A stretch of DNA of 12,065 nucleotides from a virus (Duplodnaviria; Heunggongvirae; Uroviricota; Caudoviricetes): the IMG/VR virus record IMGVR_UViG_2579778856_000001. The stretch is one strand, 5' to 3'. Position numbers and translations under genes: made by a program. Numbering within the stretch: position 1 is the stretch's first letter; every line of letters starts with the position of its first letter. The notes beneath the pieces are model-generated. The model did no database searches and was not told where the DNA came from. It saw only the letters and a program-made list of their open reading frames with translations. This document shows, one piece after another, positions 1 to 6,297 of this stretch.

Positions 1-156
1 CCTGAGCCATTTGAAAATAACATTATCATTGACGCCATTTTCACGTGCAATCTGTGCAACACAAGCTCCAGGTTGTGATGCCAGTTCCACCATACGAAGT
101 TTGAATTCATTCGAATAGTTTTTACGAGGTTCTTTTCGCCAGTCCTGTAATTCCAT
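1..156 (-). CDS. IS transposase accessory protein (OrfA/TnpA-type helix-turn-helix), N-terminal 52 codons, partial at window edge
   Basis: Reverse-complement translation from ATG at 156-154: MELQDWRKEPRKNYSNEFKLRMVELASQPGACVAQIARENGVNDNVIFKWLR. The Y-S-x-EFK...PGA-x-VAQIAR-x-x-GV-N-x-N-x-x-F-x-W pattern is typical of IS3/IS66-family first ORFs. In-frame stop (plus-strand tta at 193-195) bounds it upstream. Absent from the ORF track because it is truncated and under 60 aa. Confidence 0.6.
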   Translation of the reverse strand, partial: MELQDWRKEPRKNYSNEFKLRMVELASQPGACVAQIARENGVNDNVIFKWLR

Positions 157-241
157 ACTTAGATGTCCGTCTATATCAGATGGGCGTCTAAGTTACCAAT
201 TCTCGTCTGATGGCTACATACGGCGGTCAGTTTACGCTTAC
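1..241 (-). mobile_element. Partial insertion sequence, inner end only (element continues beyond window start); IS66-like or IS3-like
   Basis: Minus-strand transposase accessory ORF starts at 156 and runs off the window. Read on the minus strand from 241 the sequence begins GTAAGCG, which matches the 5'-GTAA start I recall for IS66-family terminal repeats; an alternative IS3-like TGACCGCC end lies at 229. Boundary not proven. Confidence 0.45.
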
Positions 242-395
242 GTCCCTTCTGGTCAAAATGGACGAAGAAATGCTCTGCTTCTTCGACAGCAACGGGCGAA
301 CCACCATGCCCCGTAAAGCTTTCTCCCTGCGTACTGGCGTAACCCGCCGCCAGCTGTTTCCAGACGCCATTTACTTCATTGAACGGGAGTTCTGA
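210..395 (+). CDS. Short ORF (61 aa), stop overlaps the RBS of the RadC-like gene; possibly the 3' remnant of a gene disrupted by the upstream IS
   Basis: ATG at 210, stop TGA 393-395, one nucleotide before the RadC ATG at 397. Reading frame is open from 192 and passes through the putative IS end (229-241). No recognisable domain. Confidence 0.3.
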   Translation: MATYGGQFTLTSLLVKMDEEMLCFFDSNGRTTMPRKAFSLRTGVTRRQLFPDAIYFIEREF

Positions 396-396
396 C

Positions 397-849
397 ATGA
401 CCATGTTTACCCAGCGTGAAACCCGTATCCTTGACCAGGCGCGTGACATTATTAGCCGGTACTACCAGCGTGGGGTTCAACTCTGTTCCCCTGATGATGT
501 TCGACGGTGCGTGATGGTTGAGCTGGCACCGCTTGAACATGAAGAGTTTGGCATCATCCTACTCGATAATCATAATCAGCTGCTGCACCGCGAAATCCTG
601 TTCAGGGGTACGCTAAACTCGGTCAGCGTTCACCCCCGTGAAGTTATTAAGCGTGTGCTGAAACATAACGCCGCCGCCGTCATCCTTGTCCATAATCACC
701 CCAGCGGCGAGCCTGAACCCAGCCGGTGTGACATCCAGTTGACCAAAAAGCTTCAGGAGCTGCTGGAAATACTGGATGTGCGGTTACTTGATCACTTTAT
801 CGTGGCAGGAACTGAAACGGTGTCGATGGCTGAGCGAGGACTGGTGTGA
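397..849 (+). CDS. RadC-like JAB/MPN-domain protein (UPF0758; YeeS/YfjY/YkfG-like)
   Basis: 150 aa from ATG 397 with SD GGGAG at 385-389 (the track's 379 start is a TTG extension). Contains the JAMM signature HNHPSGEPEPSRCD (H-x-H-x7-S-x2-D) with an upstream Glu. Size and motif match the RadC-like proteins of E. coli cryptic prophage islands. Confidence 0.85.
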   Translation: MTMFTQRETRILDQARDIISRYYQRGVQLCSPDDVRRCVMVELAPLEHEEFGIILLDNHNQLLHREILFRGTLNSVSVHPREVIKRVLKHNAAAVILVHNHPSGEPEPSRCDIQLTKKLQELLEILDVRLLDHFIVAGTETVSMAERGLV

Positions 850-895
850 TGCTGAAAGTTACTTGGTTTAATGTACGTTATTGCGGGTTACGCGC

Positions 896-1825
896 ATGAG
901 CAGGACAGCGTTGCGTCAGGTCGTGCCGGTGGTGCAAACCACCGTGTTCGATGCGTATATTGTCGGTCTGGCCCCCTCGGGACGGCGAGGTATCACCAGC
1001 CTGTTAAACCGCAGCGCCAGCATACTTAAACACGGTGCGGATGCAGCAGACTATCCGTGGGAACAACTTAACTACGCCGCCGTTGCCAAAGTGCGCGCGG
1101 CACTGCTGGATGACGGTTACGCCGTGTCATCGGTCAACATGGCGCTGTCAGCACTCCGGGGCGTAGCGCAGACGGCCTTTAACCTCAATTACATGGATGC
1201 CGAAACGCTGGCACGTATCCGGTCAGTTAAGCGCGTGAGCGGCGATGTCCAGCGCAAGGGAAGGGCGCTGGGCAGGCAGGAAATCCGGGTACTGATTCAG
1301 GCTGCAAAACAGCATCCGCAATCTGTACGGCGCTGTCGCGATGTCGCCATTGTGCTGATGCTTTGCGGAACGGGCCTGCGGGCCGGGGAACTGGTTAAAC
1401 TTGAGCGCCGGGACTATGACAACGGCATCCTGACGGTGAGGCAAGGGAAGGGGCGTAAATACCGTGAAATTCACGTGGCGGATGCGGTGGACAAGGCTAT
1501 TCGTGCGTGGCTGAAAGTTGGCGCAGACGAGGCTGACAGTGCGTTGTTTAGGCGAATTCAGCGCAGTGGTAAGGTCGCAAGCCAACCGCTGACTACGACC
1601 GGGTTAACGGGTATCCTGGCTGAGTTACAGCAAACGGCAGGTATAGCACGTTTTACCCCGCATGATATGCGGCGCACCTTCATCACCCGTTTGCTGGAGC
1701 AGGGCGTGGATATCAATACCGTCCGCCAGTTGGCAGGCCACAGCGACATATCCACGACGACGCGCTATGACTGTCGTGGTGATACTATGAAGATCAGTGC
1801 CAGCAAGCGCATCAGATGTTTTTAG
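896..1825 (+). CDS. Tyrosine-type site-specific recombinase/integrase (XerC/D-like, short form, 309 aa)
   Basis: Complete catalytic signature in order: R in GLRAGEL, K in RQGKGRKYREIHV, H-x-x-R in HDMRRTF, H in AGHSD, Y in TTRYD. ATG 896 preferred over the track's TTG at 881. Stop TAG 1823-1825. Confidence 0.85.
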   Translation: MSRTALRQVVPVVQTTVFDAYIVGLAPSGRRGITSLLNRSASILKHGADAADYPWEQLNYAAVAKVRAALLDDGYAVSSVNMALSALRGVAQTAFNLNYMDAETLARIRSVKRVSGDVQRKGRALGRQEIRVLIQAAKQHPQSVRRCRDVAIVLMLCGTGLRAGELVKLERRDYDNGILTVRQGKGRKYREIHVADAVDKAIRAWLKVGADEADSALFRRIQRSGKVASQPLTTTGLTGILAELQQTAGIARFTPHDMRRTFITRLLEQGVDINTVRQLAGHSDISTTTRYDCRGDTMKISASKRIRCF

Positions 1826-2426
1826 CAGTTGAGGCGTTGCCAGACTCGGTTTCAGTTTCATCTTCAGCACTCAACCGCGCGTACTTTTGATTCTGGATGT
1901 TAATTTGTGCATTGATATTTTCAGGCTGAAGCATCCACGCAACATCCTCACGCGCCCATTCTTTACCGTCAGAGAGTCGTTTTAACCGGGGTTTCCATAT
2001 TCCATACTCATTAAGTTTTTCTGCTACCGAAGCATATTTCTCACGATCTGACTCCCCCGTATGAAGCTTGTCAAAACGACCTTTTACAAGCTGGTAAACA
2101 GTATAGATTTCCAGTGCCTTAGGGGACCTGGCCGGGACTATCATGGGGTGTTCCTCCGGCCTATAAATCCCGTTTGGCTCTCCCTCATTGAGCAGGTCAT
2201 TAAACATGTGGTTCACGCAGGCACTCAGCACATCTGCCGCTTTCTCCGCAGCGAATTTATCCGGGCTAAAACCCGCTCCCGTCAGTTTCCGGGCAATCAG
2301 TGCCAGTTTTTGCCGGGTATCCCGTCCCAGATAAAGCTTCTTCTCCAGAAATTCAAAGACCTCGTTACTGCTTTTCCGTTCCCGGTGGCATCTGGCGTCA
2401 GCCTTGTTGCTTTGGTTACCAATCAT
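1812..2426 (-). CDS. Hypothetical protein (204 aa), unknown function, divergent from alpA
   Basis: Long minus-strand ORF. Second ATG (2426-2424) is preceded by a perfect SD GGAGGTG (plus 2429-2435), so start MIGNQSNK... is preferred over the ATG at 2438. 3' end overlaps the integrase 3' end by 14 bp (convergent). Acidic C-terminal tail. No motif I can assign. Confidence 0.6.
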   Translation of the reverse strand: MIGNQSNKADARCHRERKSSNEVFEFLEKKLYLGRDTRQKLALIARKLTGAGFSPDKFAAEKAADVLSACVNHMFNDLLNEGEPNGIYRPEEHPMIVPARSPKALEIYTVYQLVKGRFDKLHTGESDREKYASVAEKLNEYGIWKPRLKRLSDGKEWAREDVAWMLQPENINAQINIQNQKYARLSAEDETETESGNASTAKNI

Positions 2427-2445
2427 AGTCACCTCCATGACAGTG

Positions 2446-2457
2446 TTTTGTACAAAA
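2446..2457. promoter_or_regulatory. Perfect 12-bp palindrome TTTTGTACAAAA in the divergent promoter region; candidate operator
   Basis: Seen directly, about 10 bp upstream of the SD of the 1812-2426 gene and within the 222-bp divergent region shared with alpA. Confidence 0.3.
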
Positions 2458-2648
2458 TATCACCATTGAGCCTCAGTGAAAATTGCTTCTTTATATGACC
2501 GTTCTGGAGACAGAAATAGATGATCTCGAATGACATCCACATTAAAGATGCCCTTAACGTGCTCAACGAAGGCATCGTTGAGTGAATCCTTGCGTTTTTT
2601 GGTGGTTGTAAATAACCCGCTCCTGAAACAGCTCAAAGGAGCACAAGC

Positions 2649-2846
2649 ATGAACACCAACCGTATTTTGCGTAAAAAAGAGGTACTTCATCTGACGGGGA
2701 ACTCGTCAGCGACGTTGTACCGACTCATCTCGAAAGGATTCTTTCCTTTGTCAAAGAGGCTAACGGGCGACAATGGCCGGGCGGTAGGCTGGCTGGAGAG
2801 TGATATCAATAACTGGGTTAACAGCCGTATGCAGGCGGGAGAATGA
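2649..2846 (+). CDS. alpA: AlpA-family (Vis/excisionase-like) helix-turn-helix transcriptional regulator
   Basis: 65 aa, SD AAGGAG at 2636-2641. RILRKKEVLHLTG-x-S-x-ATLYRLI...FP...G-x-RAVGWLESDINNWV aligns with the recalled E. coli CP4-57 AlpA (RILRLPAVIQKTGMARATIYDWL...FPKKRMLGVKSVGWIEAEIDEWL). Confidence 0.8.
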   Translation: MNTNRILRKKEVLHLTGNSSATLYRLISKGFFPLSKRLTGDNGRAVGWLESDINNWVNSRMQAGE

Positions 2847-2847
2847 A

Positions 2848-3315
2848 ATGAAAGAGATAAAATCGAAAACCAGTTCTGCGAAAAAAACGCTGGTTCCTTG
2901 GTTCGAAACTATGGGGAAACAGGTTGGTTTATCACAAGAAACGATATCAGCAGTGTTAAAGGAGCAGCGTTTACGGATACGTAAGCTTAACTACGCATCT
3001 GCATATACAGTGTCCAATATTCTCATACAGGATTGCGGCGGGGCCGATGACATGTGGAGCAACTACGCTAAACTGGCGCTTATCCTTGAGCGTTGTAAAT
3101 ACATTCCCTGCGGGAGCAGGGCCTGTGCATATTGTTCTACCGCTCAGCAATTACATTATCAGGGGGTGGATGTAACCGGGGAATACGCTTTATATCAGTT
3201 GCCTGAGTTATTTTTAGATTTTTTAGAAACAAACGACAAAAATTCCTCTTATCATTGGGATTACAATAAGTTAGTTGAGCGGCATGAAGATGCTCAGGCG
3301 AGGTCATTCGGGTAA
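2848..3315 (+). CDS. Hypothetical protein (155 aa) with N-terminal HTH-like segment and C-terminal Cys4 cluster (C-x4-C-x4-C-x2-C)
   Basis: ATG 2848 lies 1 nt after the alpA stop (GGGAGAATGAAATG; translational coupling); the track's 2800 start overlaps alpA. Cysteines at residues 83, 88, 93, 96 (CKYIPCGSRACAYC). GC about 40-45 percent, lower than flanks. Confidence 0.6.
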   Translation: MKEIKSKTSSAKKTLVPWFETMGKQVGLSQETISAVLKEQRLRIRKLNYASAYTVSNILIQDCGGADDMWSNYAKLALILERCKYIPCGSRACAYCSTAQQLHYQGVDVTGEYALYQLPELFLDFLETNDKNSSYHWDYNKLVERHEDAQARSFG

Positions 3316-3346
3316 TAGCCATTTCTGTATGGTGAAAAACTGACAT

Positions 3347-3381
3347 ATTACCCTGCCACTGCATTTTGGTGGCAGGGTAAT
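3347..3381. promoter_or_regulatory. Perfect 13-bp inverted repeat (ATTACCCTGCCAC, 9-nt spacer, GTGGCAGGGTAAT); operator or RNA hairpin between the two Cys-cluster genes
   Basis: Seen directly, 32 bp after the upstream stop and 22 bp before the next ATG. No T-tract immediately 3' on the plus strand, so not a canonical intrinsic terminator. Contains the 12-mer CCACTGCATTTT that recurs at 4335-4346. Confidence 0.4.
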
Positions 3382-3402
3382 CAATACAGCTAGGAATATT
3401 AA

Positions 3403-4257
3403 ATGAACGATTCTTATTACTTCAGAACATCTGACCCGGATTACATTCGTCACGCACCGTCAATGCTTGAGATTTTAAGTAAAGCATTCCCCACTATTAT
3501 TACCCAGCAGGAAAGTGAGTATGAACTGCAGCGTCTTAACCATTTACTAAATAAACTGAAAGGCAGCAATCGCTGCTACAACATCATTGCTCAAAAACTA
3601 AGGCAGTGCAGAAACGGATCTCCATGCAACAGTCTTATATGCCCGCATTGCCAGCGGGAACGCATTCTGGCGCAACTGGCTATGTTGCATGTCTTGCCGG
3701 GGAATTCAGCAGAATACGTGGGAGTGGTCCTGTTTTTCAACAAGGATACGCAAACTCCGCCGCCATGGAAGAACATTGGGGCGCTCAGGGCGCAAATCGG
3801 TCGTTATAAGCAGAGGATAAGCCGGGTACTTAACCGCCTGGGGTACGCCGGTCCGGCCACAGGCACCTTCAGTATGATGCGACATATGCCTGATGGCCCA
3901 GAAGAGCGTATTTTCTGGGTTCCACAGTTGTGTTTGTTCCTGCCCAATGACAGTACGTTGATTAAGGGGCTAAAAGCGCATATGTCGCGAAGTGGTGGGG
4001 CATTCATTGATGCATCGACGCTTAACACACCAGTGATCGTGCTCAGGTATAAAGATCCCGCGAGACTGATTTCATGCGCCCTGAATCCAGTCTGGCACAC
4101 AGCAGATTACACACTGACTGATAAAGACGCTCTTGTTAAGTCAAGAATGGAGCTACTGAAAGGCCGGACACTGTTAAAAAGTCTGCTTACCCTGGACTCA
4201 CTCGGAACAGGTGTCGTTTCTTTTTCGTTTGGGCAACCCCCAGGGAAAGTGCACTGA
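3403..4257 (+). CDS. Hypothetical protein (284 aa) with zinc-ribbon-like Cys4 cluster (C-x5-C-x4-C-x2-C)
   Basis: ATG 3403 with AGGA 7 nt upstream. Cys cluster CRNGSPCNSLICPHC at residues 69-83 (nt 3607-3651). No family assignable by eye. Confidence 0.65.
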   Translation: MNDSYYFRTSDPDYIRHAPSMLEILSKAFPTIITQQESEYELQRLNHLLNKLKGSNRCYNIIAQKLRQCRNGSPCNSLICPHCQRERILAQLAMLHVLPGNSAEYVGVVLFFNKDTQTPPPWKNIGALRAQIGRYKQRISRVLNRLGYAGPATGTFSMMRHMPDGPEERIFWVPQLCLFLPNDSTLIKGLKAHMSRSGGAFIDASTLNTPVIVLRYKDPARLISCALNPVWHTADYTLTDKDALVKSRMELLKGRTLLKSLLTLDSLGTGVVSFSFGQPPGKVH

Positions 4258-4269
4258 TTTACCGGTAAT

Positions 4270-4370
4270 GCAGCAACTGCAATGCACTTTTGCTGTTGAT
4301 TAAATTGCAGTGGAACGACGAATAACAGCGGCAACCACTGCATTTTCGTTGTTGTAAAACTGCAAAGCTT
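4270..4370. repeat. Iteron-like repeat cluster: four copies of ACTGCA(A/T) (one inverted), an 8-bp perfect inverted repeat, and ATGCACTTT twice
   Basis: ACTGCAA at 4276-4282, inverted copy at 4305-4311, ACTGCAT at 4337-4343, ACTGCAA at 4359-4365. IR TGCAGTGG 4306-4313 / CCACTGCA 4335-4342. ATGCACTTT at 4282-4290 and again at 4393-4401. Confidence 0.4.
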
Positions 4371-4519
4371 GCCAGTGATTTTGATGGCGCTGATGCACTT
4401 TAACATTCCAACTGTCTCGATTTTAACGCAACCGTCTGTTTTCTGCAGGGGCTCACGGATGCCTCTGCACACCCGATCCTTACCATCAACTGACGAGTTA
4501 GCGCATCTGTGAGGGCTTT

Positions 4520-4833
4520 CTGTGTTTCTGTCAGTGAATATTCTACACACAATGGGGGGAGCGGTCAGCGAGCACCATTGCCATTGAGCGCAACGGAGAG
4601 CTTGGGGACATGCAGCACTACGGAGGCTTCATCTCCTTCTCATGTCATTAAACGATACGGCGAACGAGCGCAGCGAGTGAGGGAAGGCGTCAGCCTGAAC
4701 AGGGGGAAAGATTTGCGACCGGAGTGGAGCAAATCATGGGCGGAGCCCATCCTCGCGACTGGGGTTTTGACTTTCGAATTGCCCAGCGTTGAGTTTGGTT
4801 AATGTAGTGAGACGAGGATGCTGAGAGGGGACC
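4520..4833 (+). other. Purine/G-rich non-coding segment; candidate structured 5' leader or small RNA upstream of the polymerase-like gene
   Basis: No ATG-initiated ORF of plausible codon usage. The only track ORF here (4509-4802) starts with GTG and is rich in rare codons (AGG, CGA, GGG). Runs such as GGGGGGAGCGG, GAGGGAAGGCG, ACAGGGGGAAAG. Tight hairpin ATGGGC-GGA-GCCCAT at 4736-4750. Confidence 0.25.
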
Positions 4834-6231
4834 GTGAGTACTGAAAAGGATTATCCAGTGAAGATCCCTAAGTGGGTTTATGACCGTATTACTGAAATAA
4901 CGGATTATGTCGTGGGGGATACGCAATGGGCTGTTACCCGGCGGCAGACAGTACGGTGGTTCCTGGCTCACATATGGCTGGAAACAGACGATGATGGCTG
5001 GACTATATGCACTGTCCGGGATATCCGTAGCAGCTATGCCAGTCTCCTGGGACAGTGTGAAATTAGTTACCAGGGGGAGTGCTTTATGTCCACGCTAACT
5101 GATTTCCTGCCGACACTTTCGGATATTGAATTTCGTGCAGGAAAAGCGAGCAAAGACCCGGAAAAGCGTAGAGCCAGTGCATGGCGGTTCAACCCCCTGC
5201 TGCCTGTGTGTGATGAGTCTGCCAGGGGTAAGTTAAATCTGGTTGACTTGGATACTGGTGAGTCTGTTAGTTTTAGAGCTCTGCTTCAGGGGAACGGGAA
5301 AGCTCCTGGGCATGCGATAGATGTAGAGAAACGCCAGACGGCCCTAAAACAAACGGAAAAGGACTTCTTGGCCAAAGTTGGGCGGGGGCGCATGAGTATA
5401 CAGTTTGTGAAGGAATTGCGTAGCCGTGAGCCGGATCACTATTACCGCGCAGGAATACGCAGCCTTAACCATCTCTACAATGGCAGGATTGAGGGACAAT
5501 ATGTCACTTACGACCATCATTATCGTCTGACGTTTGGAGGGCGGTATTATGATCAAGCTTTCCAGAATCTGCCCAATGAGTTCAAAGCTAAATTTCGGAC
5601 CGGGTTACTCAACTATGACATCGAAGCGTGCAATCTGGCCTGTCTGAACCATCTGTTCAGACAGTATGACGTCGATTATCGTGTGAAGTCATCGATATAT
5701 AAAACCATGATGGAACATACCGGGCTGACCCGTAAACAGTGCAAACAGATGGTCCATACCACCACCTACAGAATTGGGCGTGTGACTATTGGTGTTAATG
5801 ATGGCCTTGGGGCAAAAGTGTATGGATGGTGCGGTAACAGCAAAAAAAAGGCGCTAAAGATTTTGCGTTGGTGGAACCGTTATATCAGTCCATTGAAATC
5901 TGCGCTTGAGTCATTGCTGGAACGTGTGCATGGCGCACACCGCAAGAGTTGTTCATCACCGCGTAACTATCACAGGTACGCTAATGAAGTCGGATTAATA
6001 CTGGATCTTAATAGTGAGGTGTATCAGCGTGAAAAGACTCACCATCATCAATATGCGCGGAATAAGGCACTGTTGGCGTTTATGATCTGTGGTGTGGAGC
6101 AGGCGTATATCCGTGAGGTTGTCAGTATGAACCCTGGTCGTGTCTGCATGCTGGATCATGATGGGGTAGTGGCAACGGGCGCGCTTTCACTACCGGACTG
6201 GCGTGGTTTCACGATGAAAGTGAAGGACTAG
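4834..6231 (+). CDS. Uncharacterised protein (465 aa) with family-A / T7-like single-subunit polymerase motifs A, B (O-helix) and C; putative minimal right-hand polymerase
   Basis: GTG start at 4834 with SD GAGAGGGGA immediately upstream and in-frame stop at 4822-4824. Motif A-like NYDIEACNLACLNHL (res 260-274; compare Pol I DYSQIELRIMAHL). O-helix-like RKQCKQMVHTTTY (R300, K304, H308, Y312; compare Pol I R754-K758-F762-Y766). Motif C-like CMLDHDGVV (res 438-446; compare Pol I MQVHDELV). A-to-B and B-to-C spacing (about 42 and 137 aa) resembles Klenow and T7 DNA polymerase. Motif-level inference only. Confidence 0.65.
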   Translation: MSTEKDYPVKIPKWVYDRITEITDYVVGDTQWAVTRRQTVRWFLAHIWLETDDDGWTICTVRDIRSSYASLLGQCEISYQGECFMSTLTDFLPTLSDIEFRAGKASKDPEKRRASAWRFNPLLPVCDESARGKLNLVDLDTGESVSFRALLQGNGKAPGHAIDVEKRQTALKQTEKDFLAKVGRGRMSIQFVKELRSREPDHYYRAGIRSLNHLYNGRIEGQYVTYDHHYRLTFGGRYYDQAFQNLPNEFKAKFRTGLLNYDIEACNLACLNHLFRQYDVDYRVKSSIYKTMMEHTGLTRKQCKQMVHTTTYRIGRVTIGVNDGLGAKVYGWCGNSKKKALKILRWWNRYISPLKSALESLLERVHGAHRKSCSSPRNYHRYANEVGLILDLNSEVYQREKTHHHQYARNKALLAFMICGVEQAYIREVVSMNPGRVCMLDHDGVVATGALSLPDWRGFTMKVKD

Positions 6232-6297
6232 CTTACTTTCTTGAATTTAACTATCTGCGATCTCTGATAAGGGCGTATTACGTTGTCAATCATAATG

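Noticed and set aside
379-396. TTG/GTG-extended starts in the ORF track (379 for RadC, 881 for the recombinase, 7186 for the membrane protein, 2800 for the Cys4 gene, 10867 and 12045 on the minus strand)
   Set aside because: In each case an in-frame ATG with a better-placed Shine-Dalgarno lies shortly downstream, and the extension overlaps an upstream gene or terminator.
171-449. 92-aa minus-strand ORF overlapping the short ORF and the RadC start
   Set aside because: Antisense to a well-supported coupled gene pair; no RBS and no recognisable motif. Likely a spurious reading frame.
1223-1870. Minus-strand ORFs (1223-1585, 1558-1755, 1625-1870) inside the recombinase gene
   Set aside because: Antisense to a gene with a complete catalytic motif set; Arg/Pro-rich low-complexity translations.
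2061-2498. 145-aa plus-strand ORF overlapping the 204-aa minus-strand gene
   Set aside because: The minus-strand ORF is longer and has a perfect SD; the plus-strand ORF has none.
2897-2906. GGTTCGAAAC resembling a tRNA T-loop
   Set aside because: Lies inside a coding region (codons for W-F-E-T); no acceptor-stem or anticodon-arm complementarity around it. No tRNA is evident anywhere in the window.
4509-4802. 97-aa ORF in the long intergenic region as a protein-coding gene
   Set aside because: Starts with GTG, has no internal Met, is rich in rare codons (AGG, CGA, GGG) and has a non-protein-like composition. Treated as non-coding, though a small protein cannot be fully excluded.
4834-6231. 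Reverse transcriptase identity for the 465-aa protein (retron/DRT-like)
   Set aside because: No Y-x-DD motif. ISPLKSAL superficially resembles the RT SPLL motif but lies about 100 residues from the HD motif, inconsistent with RT motif spacing. The family-A O-helix match is much better.
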